Source: Candidatus Omnitrophota bacterium (GTDB lineage: Bacteria; Omnitrophota; Gorgyraeia; Zapsychrales; Zapsychraceae). From it: a stretch of 64,000 nt of DNA. The stretch lies in contig JAHFGL010000003.1 of the NCBI GenBank assembly GCA_023247445.1, positions 78,128 through 142,127 on the forward strand. Reading direction: 5' to 3'. Positions within the stretch are counted from its first letter, which is position 1, and each line of letters starts with the position of its first letter. Made by a program: the position numbers and the translations under genes. This document shows, in pieces, positions 41,820 to 51,573 of the stretch. Under the pieces are notes generated by a model. That model searched no databases. It worked only from the letters and a program-made list of their open reading frames with translations, and was not told where the DNA came from.

Positions 41820-42459
41820 CACCTCAACAAAAAACTTTAGCTTAAGCATCTCTGATCAAGGTAAAGTTTTGTCGCAGACGAATATTAAGCTCGATAAAAT
41901 TCTCTCAGACTCGATTATTCCCGCGATCGAGCAGATCCTTAAGAAAACAAAATTGTCGTTAGAGAAGTTGGATGGATTTGTTGTTGGGTTGGGTCCGGGT
42001 TCATTTACAAGTTTACGTGTCGGACTATCAACAATCAAGGCGTTTGCTTTTGTTCATAACAAACCTGTTGTGGGAATCTCAAGTTTAGATGCGATTGCGA
42101 TGGGGTTAAAAGAAGATGGTTCCGTTTGCGTGATTACCGATGCCCGACGGGAAATGGTTTATGCCTGTTTGTATGAAAAAAATAAAGGACAACTTACGCG
42201 AAGCAGTGATTATTTGCTGACATCGGTTAGTGATTTGTTAACAAAGATCAAAGGCCGTCCTATTTTTGTTGGCGATGGAGTTCCTCTGCTCAAGAATGAG
42301 GATGAAAAATATTCAACGGCCCAAGAAGATTTTTGGTATCCACAGGCTAAATTTTTTGTTCCACTGGCTTTGGATCGATTTAAAGCAAAAAAAACAGATA
42401 ATGTTTCAAAAATGGTTCCACTTTATTTATATCCCGAAGATTGCCAGGTTCAACGATGA
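41800..42459 (+). CDS. tsaB: t6A biosynthesis protein TsaB
   Basis: LSIDTS, GPGSFTSLR, DARR..VY, PLYL motifs; ATG 41800 chosen. Confidence 0.93.
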   Translation: MKLLSIDTSTKNFSLSISDQGKVLSQTNIKLDKILSDSIIPAIEQILKKTKLSLEKLDGFVVGLGPGSFTSLRVGLSTIKAFAFVHNKPVVGISSLDAIAMGLKEDGSVCVITDARREMVYACLYEKNKGQLTRSSDYLLTSVSDLLTKIKGRPIFVGDGVPLLKNEDEKYSTAQEDFWYPQAKFFVPLALDRFKAKKTDNVSKMVPLYLYPEDCQVQR

Positions 42460-43616
42460 AAAATAGTGGCGAACATTTAACGTGGGCCGAAGTAGATTTA
42501 AAAGCCATTGAACATAATCTTCAAGAGATCCGTCGGCTTTCGCTACGTAACCAATTTGTTATTTCTACCCGCAAGAAATCAAAACAACCCATTGAGATCC
42601 TGACAGTGATTAAAGCCGATGCCTATGGGCACGGGATGGATCGCGTGGGGTGTTTGTTGAATAAGCTGGGTGTAAATTATTTTGCGGTATCTGATGTTTG
42701 CGAGGGAATTGAACTTAGAAAAGTTGGTATCAAAAAGCCAATCTTGTTATTAGAAAGCACGTTGCCGGAGCTCGCCAAGAAAATTGTCGATCACGATTTA
42801 ATGCCGACGGTTTGTACGATGGAGCTCGCTCATGCGCTTAATCGCTACGCGCAAAAAATTAAGCGGCATATTCACATTCATATTAAAGTCGACACGGGTA
42901 TGGGTCGTTTGGGCATTTGGCATGAAGAGGCGTTTGATTTTATTCAAAACATTTTCAAATTAAGATATTTAACTGTTCAAGGCATCTATACGCATTTTCC
43001 GTCGGCTGACACAGACAAGAAATTTACTTTAGGCCAGATTAAGAGTCTGTATGATTTGGTGTTGCGCTTGGACCGTAGCGGACTCATCATTCCTTATATC
43101 CATGCTTCCAATAGCATGGGGTTGGCCGGCTATGAAACCAAAGTCCTTAACCTGGTTCGTCCAGGACTGATGATTTATGGATTATATCCGGATGCGCAGC
43201 TTAAGAAGAAAGTTAATTTGCATCCCGCGCTGAGCGTTAAATCAAAAGTTATTTTTGTTAAAGAGCTCAAAAAAGGACGCAGCGTCAGTTATGGCCGGAC
43301 GTTTATTGCAAAGAAGAATATTACCGTTGCCACGATTCCTGTTGGTTATAGCGATGGATATTTGCGTGGGCTTTCGAACAAGGCTTCTGTTTTGATTGAT
43401 GGGAAACGTTGTCCCGTCATTGGACGTGTGACGATGGATCAAATTGTCGTTGATGTTTCCGCGATCAAGAAAGTTAAGTTAGGAATGCCCGTTGTTATCT
43501 TAGGTTCCCAAGGACGGGAATGTATTTCCGCTGATGAATTAGCCAACCATAGCGCCACGATCAATTACGAGATTGTCTGTAATTTAGGCAATCGCCTGCC
43601 ACGAATTTACATTTAA
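42456..43616 (+). CDS. alr: Alanine racemase
   Basis: VIKADAYGHG, KVDTGMGRLG, VRPGL, GYSDG, GRVTMD, INYE motifs. Confidence 0.96.
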   Translation: MKNSGEHLTWAEVDLKAIEHNLQEIRRLSLRNQFVISTRKKSKQPIEILTVIKADAYGHGMDRVGCLLNKLGVNYFAVSDVCEGIELRKVGIKKPILLLESTLPELAKKIVDHDLMPTVCTMELAHALNRYAQKIKRHIHIHIKVDTGMGRLGIWHEEAFDFIQNIFKLRYLTVQGIYTHFPSADTDKKFTLGQIKSLYDLVLRLDRSGLIIPYIHASNSMGLAGYETKVLNLVRPGLMIYGLYPDAQLKKKVNLHPALSVKSKVIFVKELKKGRSVSYGRTFIAKKNITVATIPVGYSDGYLRGLSNKASVLIDGKRCPVIGRVTMDQIVVDVSAIKKVKLGMPVVILGSQGRECISADELANHSATINYEIVCNLGNRLPRIYI

Positions 43617-44722
43617 CTGAAATTTGATTCGATTAGAATAAGTGCAATCGAGGTGAAAACAAAAGGGGCCGCCCATGCCGCGAATACGGGAGGGAATAAT
43701 CCGCCTTTGCCAAAGGCCAGCGCGAGCGCGTTAACGACGTAGTAGAGAAAACCAATTAAGACCGCAATCCCCAGCGATGTAAAGGTCATCCCTTTACGAT
43801 TTTTAACAATCATCGCAAATGGAAGTCCAACGAGCACAATGACAAAATTTCCGATGGGGTAGGCAATCTTTTGCTGCAGATCAACACGTAAATTGTTAAG
43901 GGCCTTGGTGGCACCACTTCGTGAAAAACGAGAAATATAGTCACTGAGCTCCCGCAGATTCATCGATCCGACATCAATTCGTTGCTGCATAAAATCTTCA
44001 GGCGTTTCTTTAATGTCCATTAGCTTTTCGTCATAAACTTTTACCTTTGTCGGATTATTTAAACTAACACTATCAAACTCTGTAACTTGGCATTGGAAAA
44101 ACTTCCACGCAAGACCGATCCATTTGCCCTTTAAGGCAACAACTTTCTGACGGACATTTTGATTTTCATCATGCTCGATAATGGTGATTCCTTCGAGTTC
44201 ATTTGTGTTGGGATCATAGGCATCAACGTAGTAAAGCCTATTTTTTAATCCATAAAAGGTAAGGTTACTAATTTTTGCTTTATTCTTCTTTAAACGGTCG
44301 ACCTCAAGAATCATATGCTCATTGCGGATTTGTTTCGTGCTTTGGCTGGCCATCGGCACATAGCGTTCATTAAGCCAGAAAACGATGACGGAAATTAGTA
44401 AGGCAAAATAAAGAGCGGGTTTTATAATTTGCCAGAAATTCATCCCGCTGGAACGCATGGCCAGAACTTCATTGTCATTATTAAGACGGCTAAAGGTAAA
44501 AAGCGTTGAGATCAGGCAGGCAATGGAGGCGGTTTGAACTAAAATGATAGGTAAGTAAGATAAGTAATATTTAACTAATATATCGAAGGGAATTCTTCGA
44601 TCGATAATTTCATCGAGGGTACTGGTGACATCAATGACAACATACAGGAAAGAAAAAATAAATACTGTAATGATAAAGATTGAGAGAATTGATTTGGTAA
44701 TATGGCGGTCTATGATACGCAT
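43613..44722 (-). CDS. lptG: LPS export ABC permease (LptG-type)
   Basis: LptF/G topology, NEVLAMRSSG, PPVFAAW; second gene of the lptF-lptG pair. Confidence 0.8.
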   Translation of the reverse strand: MRIIDRHITKSILSIFIITVFIFSFLYVVIDVTSTLDEIIDRRIPFDILVKYYLSYLPIILVQTASIACLISTLFTFSRLNNDNEVLAMRSSGMNFWQIIKPALYFALLISVIVFWLNERYVPMASQSTKQIRNEHMILEVDRLKKNKAKISNLTFYGLKNRLYYVDAYDPNTNELEGITIIEHDENQNVRQKVVALKGKWIGLAWKFFQCQVTEFDSVSLNNPTKVKVYDEKLMDIKETPEDFMQQRIDVGSMNLRELSDYISRFSRSGATKALNNLRVDLQQKIAYPIGNFVIVLVGLPFAMIVKNRKGMTFTSLGIAVLIGFLYYVVNALALAFGKGGLFPPVFAAWAAPFVFTSIALILIESNFS

Positions 44723-45795
44723 TTGTAGTTTAGGTAGAGCGCAAACGTTCCAGCGATGATATTAGGAACCCACATAATCAGGGCTGGTGAAACAATATTT
44801 TTTATACTCAAGGCTTCACAGCCTAAGGAAAGTAAATAGTAAAAGGCCGCGCAAAGAATCGCCAAGACAATGTTCGCCGATTTTTCCCGTTTATGGGTGA
44901 TGACCGCCATGGGAAATCCTAGGAGAATAAAAAAGAGCGCTGAAAAAGACCAGGTGATTTTACGAAAATATTCGGTTTCCAATTGGGCAGTATCAATAAA
45001 GAGTCGCTGGAGTTTGTTGATTTCAGCTTTTAATTCTTTAAAGGTCATTCCTTTTGGTTTCTTTTCGACTTTTGCGCTGTCTTTTGATAAGTCTAACGTC
45101 ATAAAATAGTTTTTAAAATTCAATTTATAAAAATTTTTAGGGTTGTCAGCATCAGGCTCATCGGAGGTTCCATCCATTAATTTTAATTTGATTTGATCAG
45201 TTCCCGGGACGGGAGTAAATTCACCACGCTTGGCAATAATGGTTCGTGTTGGGGCATCTGTCTGCGGTTGATAAATAGTGATATTGTAGAGATTGTTTCC
45301 ATCGATCTTATGAATAAACAAAACCTGATTGTTAAACGAATGGATGAAGATGCCTTCTTCTAAAAGCGCGGTTGGGTTATTAACACCAATATTTTTTAGC
45401 ATCTTTTGTTGCTCGTAATGAGCATACGGGATGACGCGTTCATTTAAAATAATGGCAAATAAACTCATGACAATGCCAACAATAAATAAGGGAAATAATA
45501 ATTTGGTTAAATGGATGCCGCTGGTGCGAAGCGCTAATATTTCATTATCGGCCGATAAGCGGCTGAAGGTGATAATGATGCTTACCAGACATGCAATCGG
45601 CAGTGTATATCCCAAAAGGACAGGAATATAGAGGAAAAAGACACGTCCGATCGTGGATAAGCTAACCCCCTTATTAACAACGAGATTTGTTAACTGAATC
45701 AGGTTTCCTAAAAGAAATACACAGGTTAAGACCGCTAAAGAGAGGATGAAGGGAAGAATGATTTCTTTTAATATATAGGTGCGGATGATTTTCAT
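44710..45795 (-). CDS. lptF: LPS export ABC permease (LptF-type)
   Basis: RLSADNEILALRTSG, MWVPN; first gene of the pair. Confidence 0.82.
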   Translation of the reverse strand: MKIIRTYILKEIILPFILSLAVLTCVFLLGNLIQLTNLVVNKGVSLSTIGRVFFLYIPVLLGYTLPIACLVSIIITFSRLSADNEILALRTSGIHLTKLLFPLFIVGIVMSLFAIILNERVIPYAHYEQQKMLKNIGVNNPTALLEEGIFIHSFNNQVLFIHKIDGNNLYNITIYQPQTDAPTRTIIAKRGEFTPVPGTDQIKLKLMDGTSDEPDADNPKNFYKLNFKNYFMTLDLSKDSAKVEKKPKGMTFKELKAEINKLQRLFIDTAQLETEYFRKITWSFSALFFILLGFPMAVITHKREKSANIVLAILCAAFYYLLSLGCEALSIKNIVSPALIMWVPNIIAGTFALYLNYKCVS

Positions 45796-46535
45796 TAGAT
45801 TGTAATCGCCAAGGTCAATACTCCAACGGTTTTGGCACCGGAATTCTTCAGTGTTCGTGCAGCTTCAGAAGCTGTTGCCCCTGTTGTTAAGAGATCATCA
45901 ATGAGAAGGATATTTTTGTTTAATAGCTGATTAGAATGTTTTATTCTAAAAGCACCGTGGATGTTTGTCCAGCGTTCTTTTTGACTAAAGAGCAATGTTT
46001 GCGATTTTGTATGACGAGATCTGCAAAAATTGTTTAACGATAGCGGAAGATCAAAGGCGTTCGCGATTTTTTCCGCTAAGAGTTGCGATTGATTAAAGCC
46101 TCGTTCGCGTAAACGTGTTATCGAAAGCGGAATCGGCATGAGGCAATCAAATTGGTGGATATCGAAAGAATATCTTTTGATAAAATCGATCATTAGATTG
46201 GCAAAGGTATGTCGCCAGAGAGATTTTTGATGGTATTTAAATTGATGAATAAGATTATCAAGCGGCGGGCGATAAAGACAGGTTCCCCAGGCAAAATCAA
46301 AGTCAGGTTTATGTAAAAGGCAATGATGACATTGGGCCGTGTCCATCTCAAGTAAATGTCGTGAGCATTTGGGGCAAAAGGGAGGGAAGTTAAATTTTAG
46401 ATCTTCTAGGCATTTTGGACAGAGAATCTCATTGGCGGGGAGTAGAGAGGTAATGTGTTTTTTACATATTAAACAATTCGGGGGATACACTAGATCGCTT
46501 AAGCCGTGTAATAGCTCATCAAGCACAAGGGGCAT
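45795..46535 (-). CDS. comF: ComF-family phosphoribosyltransferase-like protein
   Basis: Double zinc ribbon, RERGFNQ, LLIDDLLTTGAT motifs. Confidence 0.9.
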   Translation of the reverse strand: MPLVLDELLHGLSDLVYPPNCLICKKHITSLLPANEILCPKCLEDLKFNFPPFCPKCSRHLLEMDTAQCHHCLLHKPDFDFAWGTCLYRPPLDNLIHQFKYHQKSLWRHTFANLMIDFIKRYSFDIHQFDCLMPIPLSITRLRERGFNQSQLLAEKIANAFDLPLSLNNFCRSRHTKSQTLLFSQKERWTNIHGAFRIKHSNQLLNKNILLIDDLLTTGATASEAARTLKNSGAKTVGVLTLAITI

Positions 46536-46659
46536 GGTAACATTTTAGGTAGTTTTGGTCAAGGGAGTGCTAGGCGCAAGTTTGGGTTTACAAGTCGACC
46601 TGCGATCTTTATAATTCTTCCTAACATTTTATTTTAAATCAATTAAAGTTATAGTCACA

Positions 46660-48831
46660 ATGATTAATTTCAGATTTCTTTCTCTTTTTGTATTACTGAT
46701 TCTTATTAATATTCCCTTCTTCGATAGAAGCCACATCCCCCGCGATGATACGTTTTCTGTTTTTGAAATCTTCTATTTCTTTTATAACCATTTTTATTTT
46801 CATCACGAGATAGCTGCCTGGAATCCTTATAATTTTTATGGAATGCCGACTGGATATGGGCAGCTGATGGCGCTTTCTCCTCCCAGCTATCTTTGCTTTC
46901 TGGTTGGAACTATCTTAAAGATTACAGACACACTTTTTTTATTTAAACTTTCAATATTATTAGAACAATGCATTTTATTGTTCGGGATGTATCTACTGTG
47001 TGAGCAGATTTATAAATATAAATTCATAGGATTTTTGGTTTGTTTATCAATAATTACAAGTGCCAATTGGTATTCACACATCCATTTTAATCTACGGATT
47101 CTTTATTTATTACCTTTGATCTATTATCTTTTTCTCAAATTCTTTCTAAATCGAAAAGTACAATACTTTTGGTTAGGGAGCATCTGTTTTCTTATTTCTT
47201 TATTTGGGAATCCAGCGTATTTCTTGTTTTTGTGGATTTTTATACTTTTCTTTACGTTCTTAATATTTATCATCGATGACAAAACTATATTAAATAGATT
47301 TGAAAGTTTTAATAGGATAAGCGTTGTTTTGGTGGGGTTAGTTTTACTGCTTACTGCTTCTTTGGCTTATATTTTCTATGATGCTCGTCAATTTTCTGAT
47401 TTGGTTTCTATGTCAAGACAGACCAACGGGGCCAATGATATCAATACGTTTTTAGTTTATGGAGAAAAAAACAATTTTTCGACAATGGTGGATTGGATAT
47501 TTTTACAAAAAGAAAGAGTTTATATTGGGATTTTACCGGTTTTATTTTATTTCTTAGCTTTTTATAAGATTAATCGAATAGAACAGAAAGCCTTTCTAAT
47601 TGCTTCGATTGTTGTGACTTGGGTATCTTTTTCTGGGATTTTTTCCGTGGCAAGTTATTATTTCCCTGGGATGGCCTATTATCGGCACTTAGGACACACC
47701 TACGGCATAATTAAGATTTTGGTTCTTATTAGTGCTGGCTTTGGGTTGGAAAACTATTTGTCATGGGATGTCAAAAAGAAAACACAATATTTGTGGTGGT
47801 TTCTTTTTCTTTCTTTTTTCTTTCTTGATGGATTGGGGGTTTTTAAGGAGTATTTTATCTCCGCTTTAGAGACAAAAACGTTATGGCAGACAATCTTTGA
47901 TCTTAAGAATCATTTAGACATTATTCCAAGGTGGATGGTGTTTATAATTACAGTTGTTTTTATTTCAAGTGGTGTTTATGTAAACAACATTTTGGGTAAA
48001 GATAAAAGATCATTTTTGTCTGAAGGAGAACTTAGTAAGATAATTATTGGTTTGTTAGGTGTGGTGTTTATTTTTGATTTATTTGCTTCACAACGGTTAG
48101 TTTCTTTTGAACTAGATAAAAGAAGTTTAGAATCTCAAAAGTATGCAGATATTTTTAACGTTAATAAGCCAGGGTTTCAAATGTTGAGGGAAAATTTTCC
48201 TAATGGGCAACGCCAAAGAGATATCACCAGCTTTATCGAACGAAATGGTTTAAAATATGTTTCTGCTTATGGCTTTATGCAGTGGGATGTTTGTCATCCA
48301 GAGTTTCGGGTTGATTTTATGCCTAAAGGAGTGGAACGTTTTATCAACGCTCAGAGCTATGCCAATTCACAGGAGACTTTAAAAATTCTTGGCTGTCAAT
48401 GGCCTAAATTAAGGATCATAAGATCAGCAAATAATTTTCAGACAATCGAAGAAACGCAAGATTTTGTATCGCCGATTAATGTTGATAGTTTTTCTAATAA
48501 TGAGGTGACTGTTCGTGTAAACGTGGCTAGTGATAGTAACGCGTGGCTTGTGTATGCTGATTCTTTTCATCCAGGCTGGCAAGTCTTTGTTAATGGTCAA
48601 AAGAAGAAACTTTATGAAATATATTTAGCCTTTAAAGGTGTGTCTTTAGAAAAAGGCACAAATATCGTGCGGATGACATTTCGAAACAGCCCATATTATT
48701 GGGTGAGTCACTTCATTGCTTTCGTTGGACTTAGCTCCAGTGTCGTTTTGTTATGGTTTTTCCTGCAATTAATTTTCAAAAGACCAGAAACAGATTGCGG
48801 TACTTTTAAAGATTCATCTTGCCGCGTCTAA
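46660..48831 (+). CDS. Polytopic membrane protein, YfhO/GT-C-like
   Basis: WNPYNFYGMP, many TM segments, C-terminal DSFHPGWQVFVNG...GVSLEKG pattern. Confidence 0.72.
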   Translation: MINFRFLSLFVLLILINIPFFDRSHIPRDDTFSVFEIFYFFYNHFYFHHEIAAWNPYNFYGMPTGYGQLMALSPPSYLCFLVGTILKITDTLFLFKLSILLEQCILLFGMYLLCEQIYKYKFIGFLVCLSIITSANWYSHIHFNLRILYLLPLIYYLFLKFFLNRKVQYFWLGSICFLISLFGNPAYFLFLWIFILFFTFLIFIIDDKTILNRFESFNRISVVLVGLVLLLTASLAYIFYDARQFSDLVSMSRQTNGANDINTFLVYGEKNNFSTMVDWIFLQKERVYIGILPVLFYFLAFYKINRIEQKAFLIASIVVTWVSFSGIFSVASYYFPGMAYYRHLGHTYGIIKILVLISAGFGLENYLSWDVKKKTQYLWWFLFLSFFFLDGLGVFKEYFISALETKTLWQTIFDLKNHLDIIPRWMVFIITVVFISSGVYVNNILGKDKRSFLSEGELSKIIIGLLGVVFIFDLFASQRLVSFELDKRSLESQKYADIFNVNKPGFQMLRENFPNGQRQRDITSFIERNGLKYVSAYGFMQWDVCHPEFRVDFMPKGVERFINAQSYANSQETLKILGCQWPKLRIIRSANNFQTIEETQDFVSPINVDSFSNNEVTVRVNVASDSNAWLVYADSFHPGWQVFVNGQKKKLYEIYLAFKGVSLEKGTNIVRMTFRNSPYYWVSHFIAFVGLSSSVVLLWFFLQLIFKRPETDCGTFKDSSCRV

Positions 48832-48847
48832 AAACGGTGGATATAAT
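48819..48847 (+). promoter_or_regulatory. Putative sigma70 promoter
   Basis: TTGCCG, 17 bp spacer, TATAAT upstream of the 48907 ORF. Confidence 0.55.
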
Positions 48848-48906
48848 ACAAACCAAAAAGGCCGCCAACCTTTAATTAAAAAGTTGGCGAGCCTCGCCAA
48901 ACAAAA

Positions 48907-49233
48907 ATGATGAAAGGCGGGAGAACTATGAAAAAGATTATTGCGCTTTTAATCATGATGGTTTTCTTAACCACACACGCGTTCGCTTTTCTTTATGAGG
49001 TAAAGGTTTATACCAAAGAAGAGATGCAAAGGTTAACTACGGATCAATTGATTGATGTTTTTAAAGATGCGGTTATTGAGCGCAAGGCCAGTGAAACCTT
49101 TCATGGCAAGGCGGGATTTACACCGAAAGAATATGAAAGTTATAAAAAACTTCTAGGGTTGATTGTTGCCCTGCGAGAAGAAATGAAAGTCAGAGAACTT
49201 GAACCGCCTCCTGTTGAAGATTGGTTGAGATAA
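48907..49233 (+). CDS. Small exported hypothetical protein
   Basis: Signal peptide MKKIIALL...AFA (likely start ATG 48928). Confidence 0.75.
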   Translation: MMKGGRTMKKIIALLIMMVFLTTHAFAFLYEVKVYTKEEMQRLTTDQLIDVFKDAVIERKASETFHGKAGFTPKEYESYKKLLGLIVALREEMKVRELEPPPVEDWLR

Positions 49234-49797
49234 TTGATGACGACAAACACAATTAAAGAAGATCGCGCAAGGCTCCTTGCGATTATCCATAAAGAAGCTT
49301 ACTTCCGCGAAAAGATTATTCTTTCTTCAGGCAAAGAAAGTGATTATTACATCGATGCCCGACGGGTTACTTTGGGTGCAGAAGGAGTATATTTGTGTGC
49401 CAGGCTAATTCTTGATTTAATTAAGAATGATAAAGTTGATGCTATTGGTGGTCCAACTCTTGGCGCTGATCCTATGGTGGGAGCTTTAGGGGTTCTAAGT
49501 TTTCAGGCGGGTAAACCAATCAATACTTTTATTATTCGAAAAGCGCCAAAGCCGCATGGTAAACAGCAGCAAGTAGAAGGCCCGTTATTAAGCGAAGGCA
49601 GTCGTGTGGTTTTAATCGATGATGTGGCTACAACCGGCAAGGCATTTTTAGAATCGATTGATGTGTTAACAAAAATGAATATTAAAACCCCGAAAGCCAT
49701 TTGCATTGTTGATCGTCATGAAGGAGCGAAGGAAGCGTTAAAGGCCAAGGGATGTGAATTGGTCTCCCTTTTTGATATTGCTGAAATCCATAAATGA
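49234..49797 (+). CDS. pyrE: Orotate phosphoribosyltransferase
   Basis: LSSGKESDYYID, GGPTLGADP, RK..K.HG, LIDDVATTG motifs. Confidence 0.95.
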   Translation: MMTTNTIKEDRARLLAIIHKEAYFREKIILSSGKESDYYIDARRVTLGAEGVYLCARLILDLIKNDKVDAIGGPTLGADPMVGALGVLSFQAGKPINTFIIRKAPKPHGKQQQVEGPLLSEGSRVVLIDDVATTGKAFLESIDVLTKMNIKTPKAICIVDRHEGAKEALKAKGCELVSLFDIAEIHK

Positions 49798-51134
49798 AAC
49801 GAATCATCCTCGCCTCAGGTTCTGTTCAACGAAAAAAACTACTGCAACTCTTAGGCGTTAAGTTTACTGTCCAGCCTAGTGGTGTTCCTGAAGTAAAGAA
49901 AATTAAAACTACCTGTACGGATCTTGTTAAACATAATGCTTTGATCAAGGCGCAAGATGTTGCCGCCAAGTCCAAGAATGCGATTGTTATTGGGGCGGAC
50001 ACGGTTGTTTACATCGGCAATAAACAAATCATCGGCAAGCCTAAAGATCTTAAAGACGCTAAACGGATTTTAAAGATTCTTTTTGCCAAGCCGCACTGGG
50101 TTTATACCGGCGTTGTTGTGATTGACACGGCCACCGGCAAGAAAGTGATCGATTATGAAAAGACCAAAGTTTTTATGACACCATTGTCTGACGAGGAAAT
50201 TGATCGGTATCATCAGAATATTTCACCATTGGATAAGGCGGGAGGGTTTGACATCGAAGGCTGGGGAAGTTTGTTCATCAATCGGATCGAAGGCTGTTAT
50301 TCGAATGTGATTGGGTTACCGATGTCGAAATTGTGTCACATGCTTAAAAAAGTTGGTGTGTCGGTTTTAGGACTTCTACTTATGATCAATATTATGGGCT
50401 GTGCTACAGAATATAATTTGGCGACTCAAAGGGAAGAGACATTAATTTACGGTGATGAAAAAGAAATTCATTTAGGTGAAGCGATGGCCCGTAGCATTGA
50501 GCTGCATTATAAGGACAAAATTTTTACCGAGGTTGACGCTAATGAACGTGTAGAAAGAATTTTAAAACGTATCACTGAAGTTTGTGATCGAACGGACATC
50601 GTTTATTTTATTAAAATTATTGATGAAGATGAAATGAACGCCGTTAGTCTTCCTGGGGGATATATCTATGTTTTTAAAAAATTAGTTGAAAAGGTTGATA
50701 ACGACGATCAATTAGCTGGCGTCATTGCCCACGAGGTTGGGCATATTACCGCTAAACATGCGATTAAAAAATTGCAGGAGGCTTATGGGGCGATGCTTTT
50801 TCAATTGGCTGTTACGCAAACCCCAGCCCGTAACGTCAGCGGTGGACTAAATTTTGCCTTAACATCTCTTTTTATGTCACATTCGCAAGAAGATGAATTT
50901 CAAGCCGATGAGCTTGGTGTCAAATATATGAAGGCCGCTGGGTATAATCCGTTAGAGATGACTAACATGTTACGAAAATTACAGCAAGAACAGGACAAAT
51001 CTTCCCTTCGCCAATATAGTTATTGGCGTACCCATCCGCATATTCCTGAGAGAGTTGCCGCGGTTAACACAATTGTTTCCGGTAAAATGGAGTTTAAAGA
51101 TTACATTAAAATGATTGGGCGTGATGAAAAATAA
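49794..51134 (+). CDS. maf: Maf nucleotide pyrophosphatase fused to a lipoprotein M48 metallopeptidase
   Basis: ILASGS..R, GADT, DKAGG, NVIGLP (Maf), then a signal peptide-like LLLMINIMGC and M48 motifs NA..LPGG, HEVGH, E.QAD, THP. Confidence 0.88.
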   Translation: MKRIILASGSVQRKKLLQLLGVKFTVQPSGVPEVKKIKTTCTDLVKHNALIKAQDVAAKSKNAIVIGADTVVYIGNKQIIGKPKDLKDAKRILKILFAKPHWVYTGVVVIDTATGKKVIDYEKTKVFMTPLSDEEIDRYHQNISPLDKAGGFDIEGWGSLFINRIEGCYSNVIGLPMSKLCHMLKKVGVSVLGLLLMINIMGCATEYNLATQREETLIYGDEKEIHLGEAMARSIELHYKDKIFTEVDANERVERILKRITEVCDRTDIVYFIKIIDEDEMNAVSLPGGYIYVFKKLVEKVDNDDQLAGVIAHEVGHITAKHAIKKLQEAYGAMLFQLAVTQTPARNVSGGLNFALTSLFMSHSQEDEFQADELGVKYMKAAGYNPLEMTNMLRKLQQEQDKSSLRQYSYWRTHPHIPERVAAVNTIVSGKMEFKDYIKMIGRDEK

Positions 51135-51573
51135 TCGATTAATTACTTTAATACTTTTTTCTATTTATTTTTTGGGATGTGGCGGGCCCAGGTTAGATCC
51201 AACGCACAATTATGTTTGTTTGAGAAATCATTGTATTGATGTTGAGTTGGCCAAAACAGAAAATGAGCATGCCAAAGGTTTGCAGGGAAGATCCACGTTA
51301 GGAAAAGATCACGGGATGCTTTTTATTTTTACTAAGCCAGGCGCTTATACCTTCTGGATGAAAGACACACTTATTGATTTAGATATCGTTTGGTTAGATT
51401 ATGCCCGACGAGTTGTTTATATTTCCCCCAATACCCCTTCATGCAAAGAGGAGCCTTGTCCTACCTATACGCCTGACGGCAGAGCTGTCTATGTTTTAGA
51501 AATTAACAGCGGATATGCGTCCCAGTTAGGAATGAAATTAGGCGATACCCTTGAATTTCGTTTGCGTCAGTAA
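51124..51573 (+). CDS. DUF192-family lipoprotein
   Basis: Lipobox FLGC; VELA, GMLF, FWMKDT, CPTY, VLEI motifs. Confidence 0.85.
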   Translation: MKNNRLITLILFSIYFLGCGGPRLDPTHNYVCLRNHCIDVELAKTENEHAKGLQGRSTLGKDHGMLFIFTKPGAYTFWMKDTLIDLDIVWLDYARRVVYISPNTPSCKEEPCPTYTPDGRAVYVLEINSGYASQLGMKLGDTLEFRLRQ

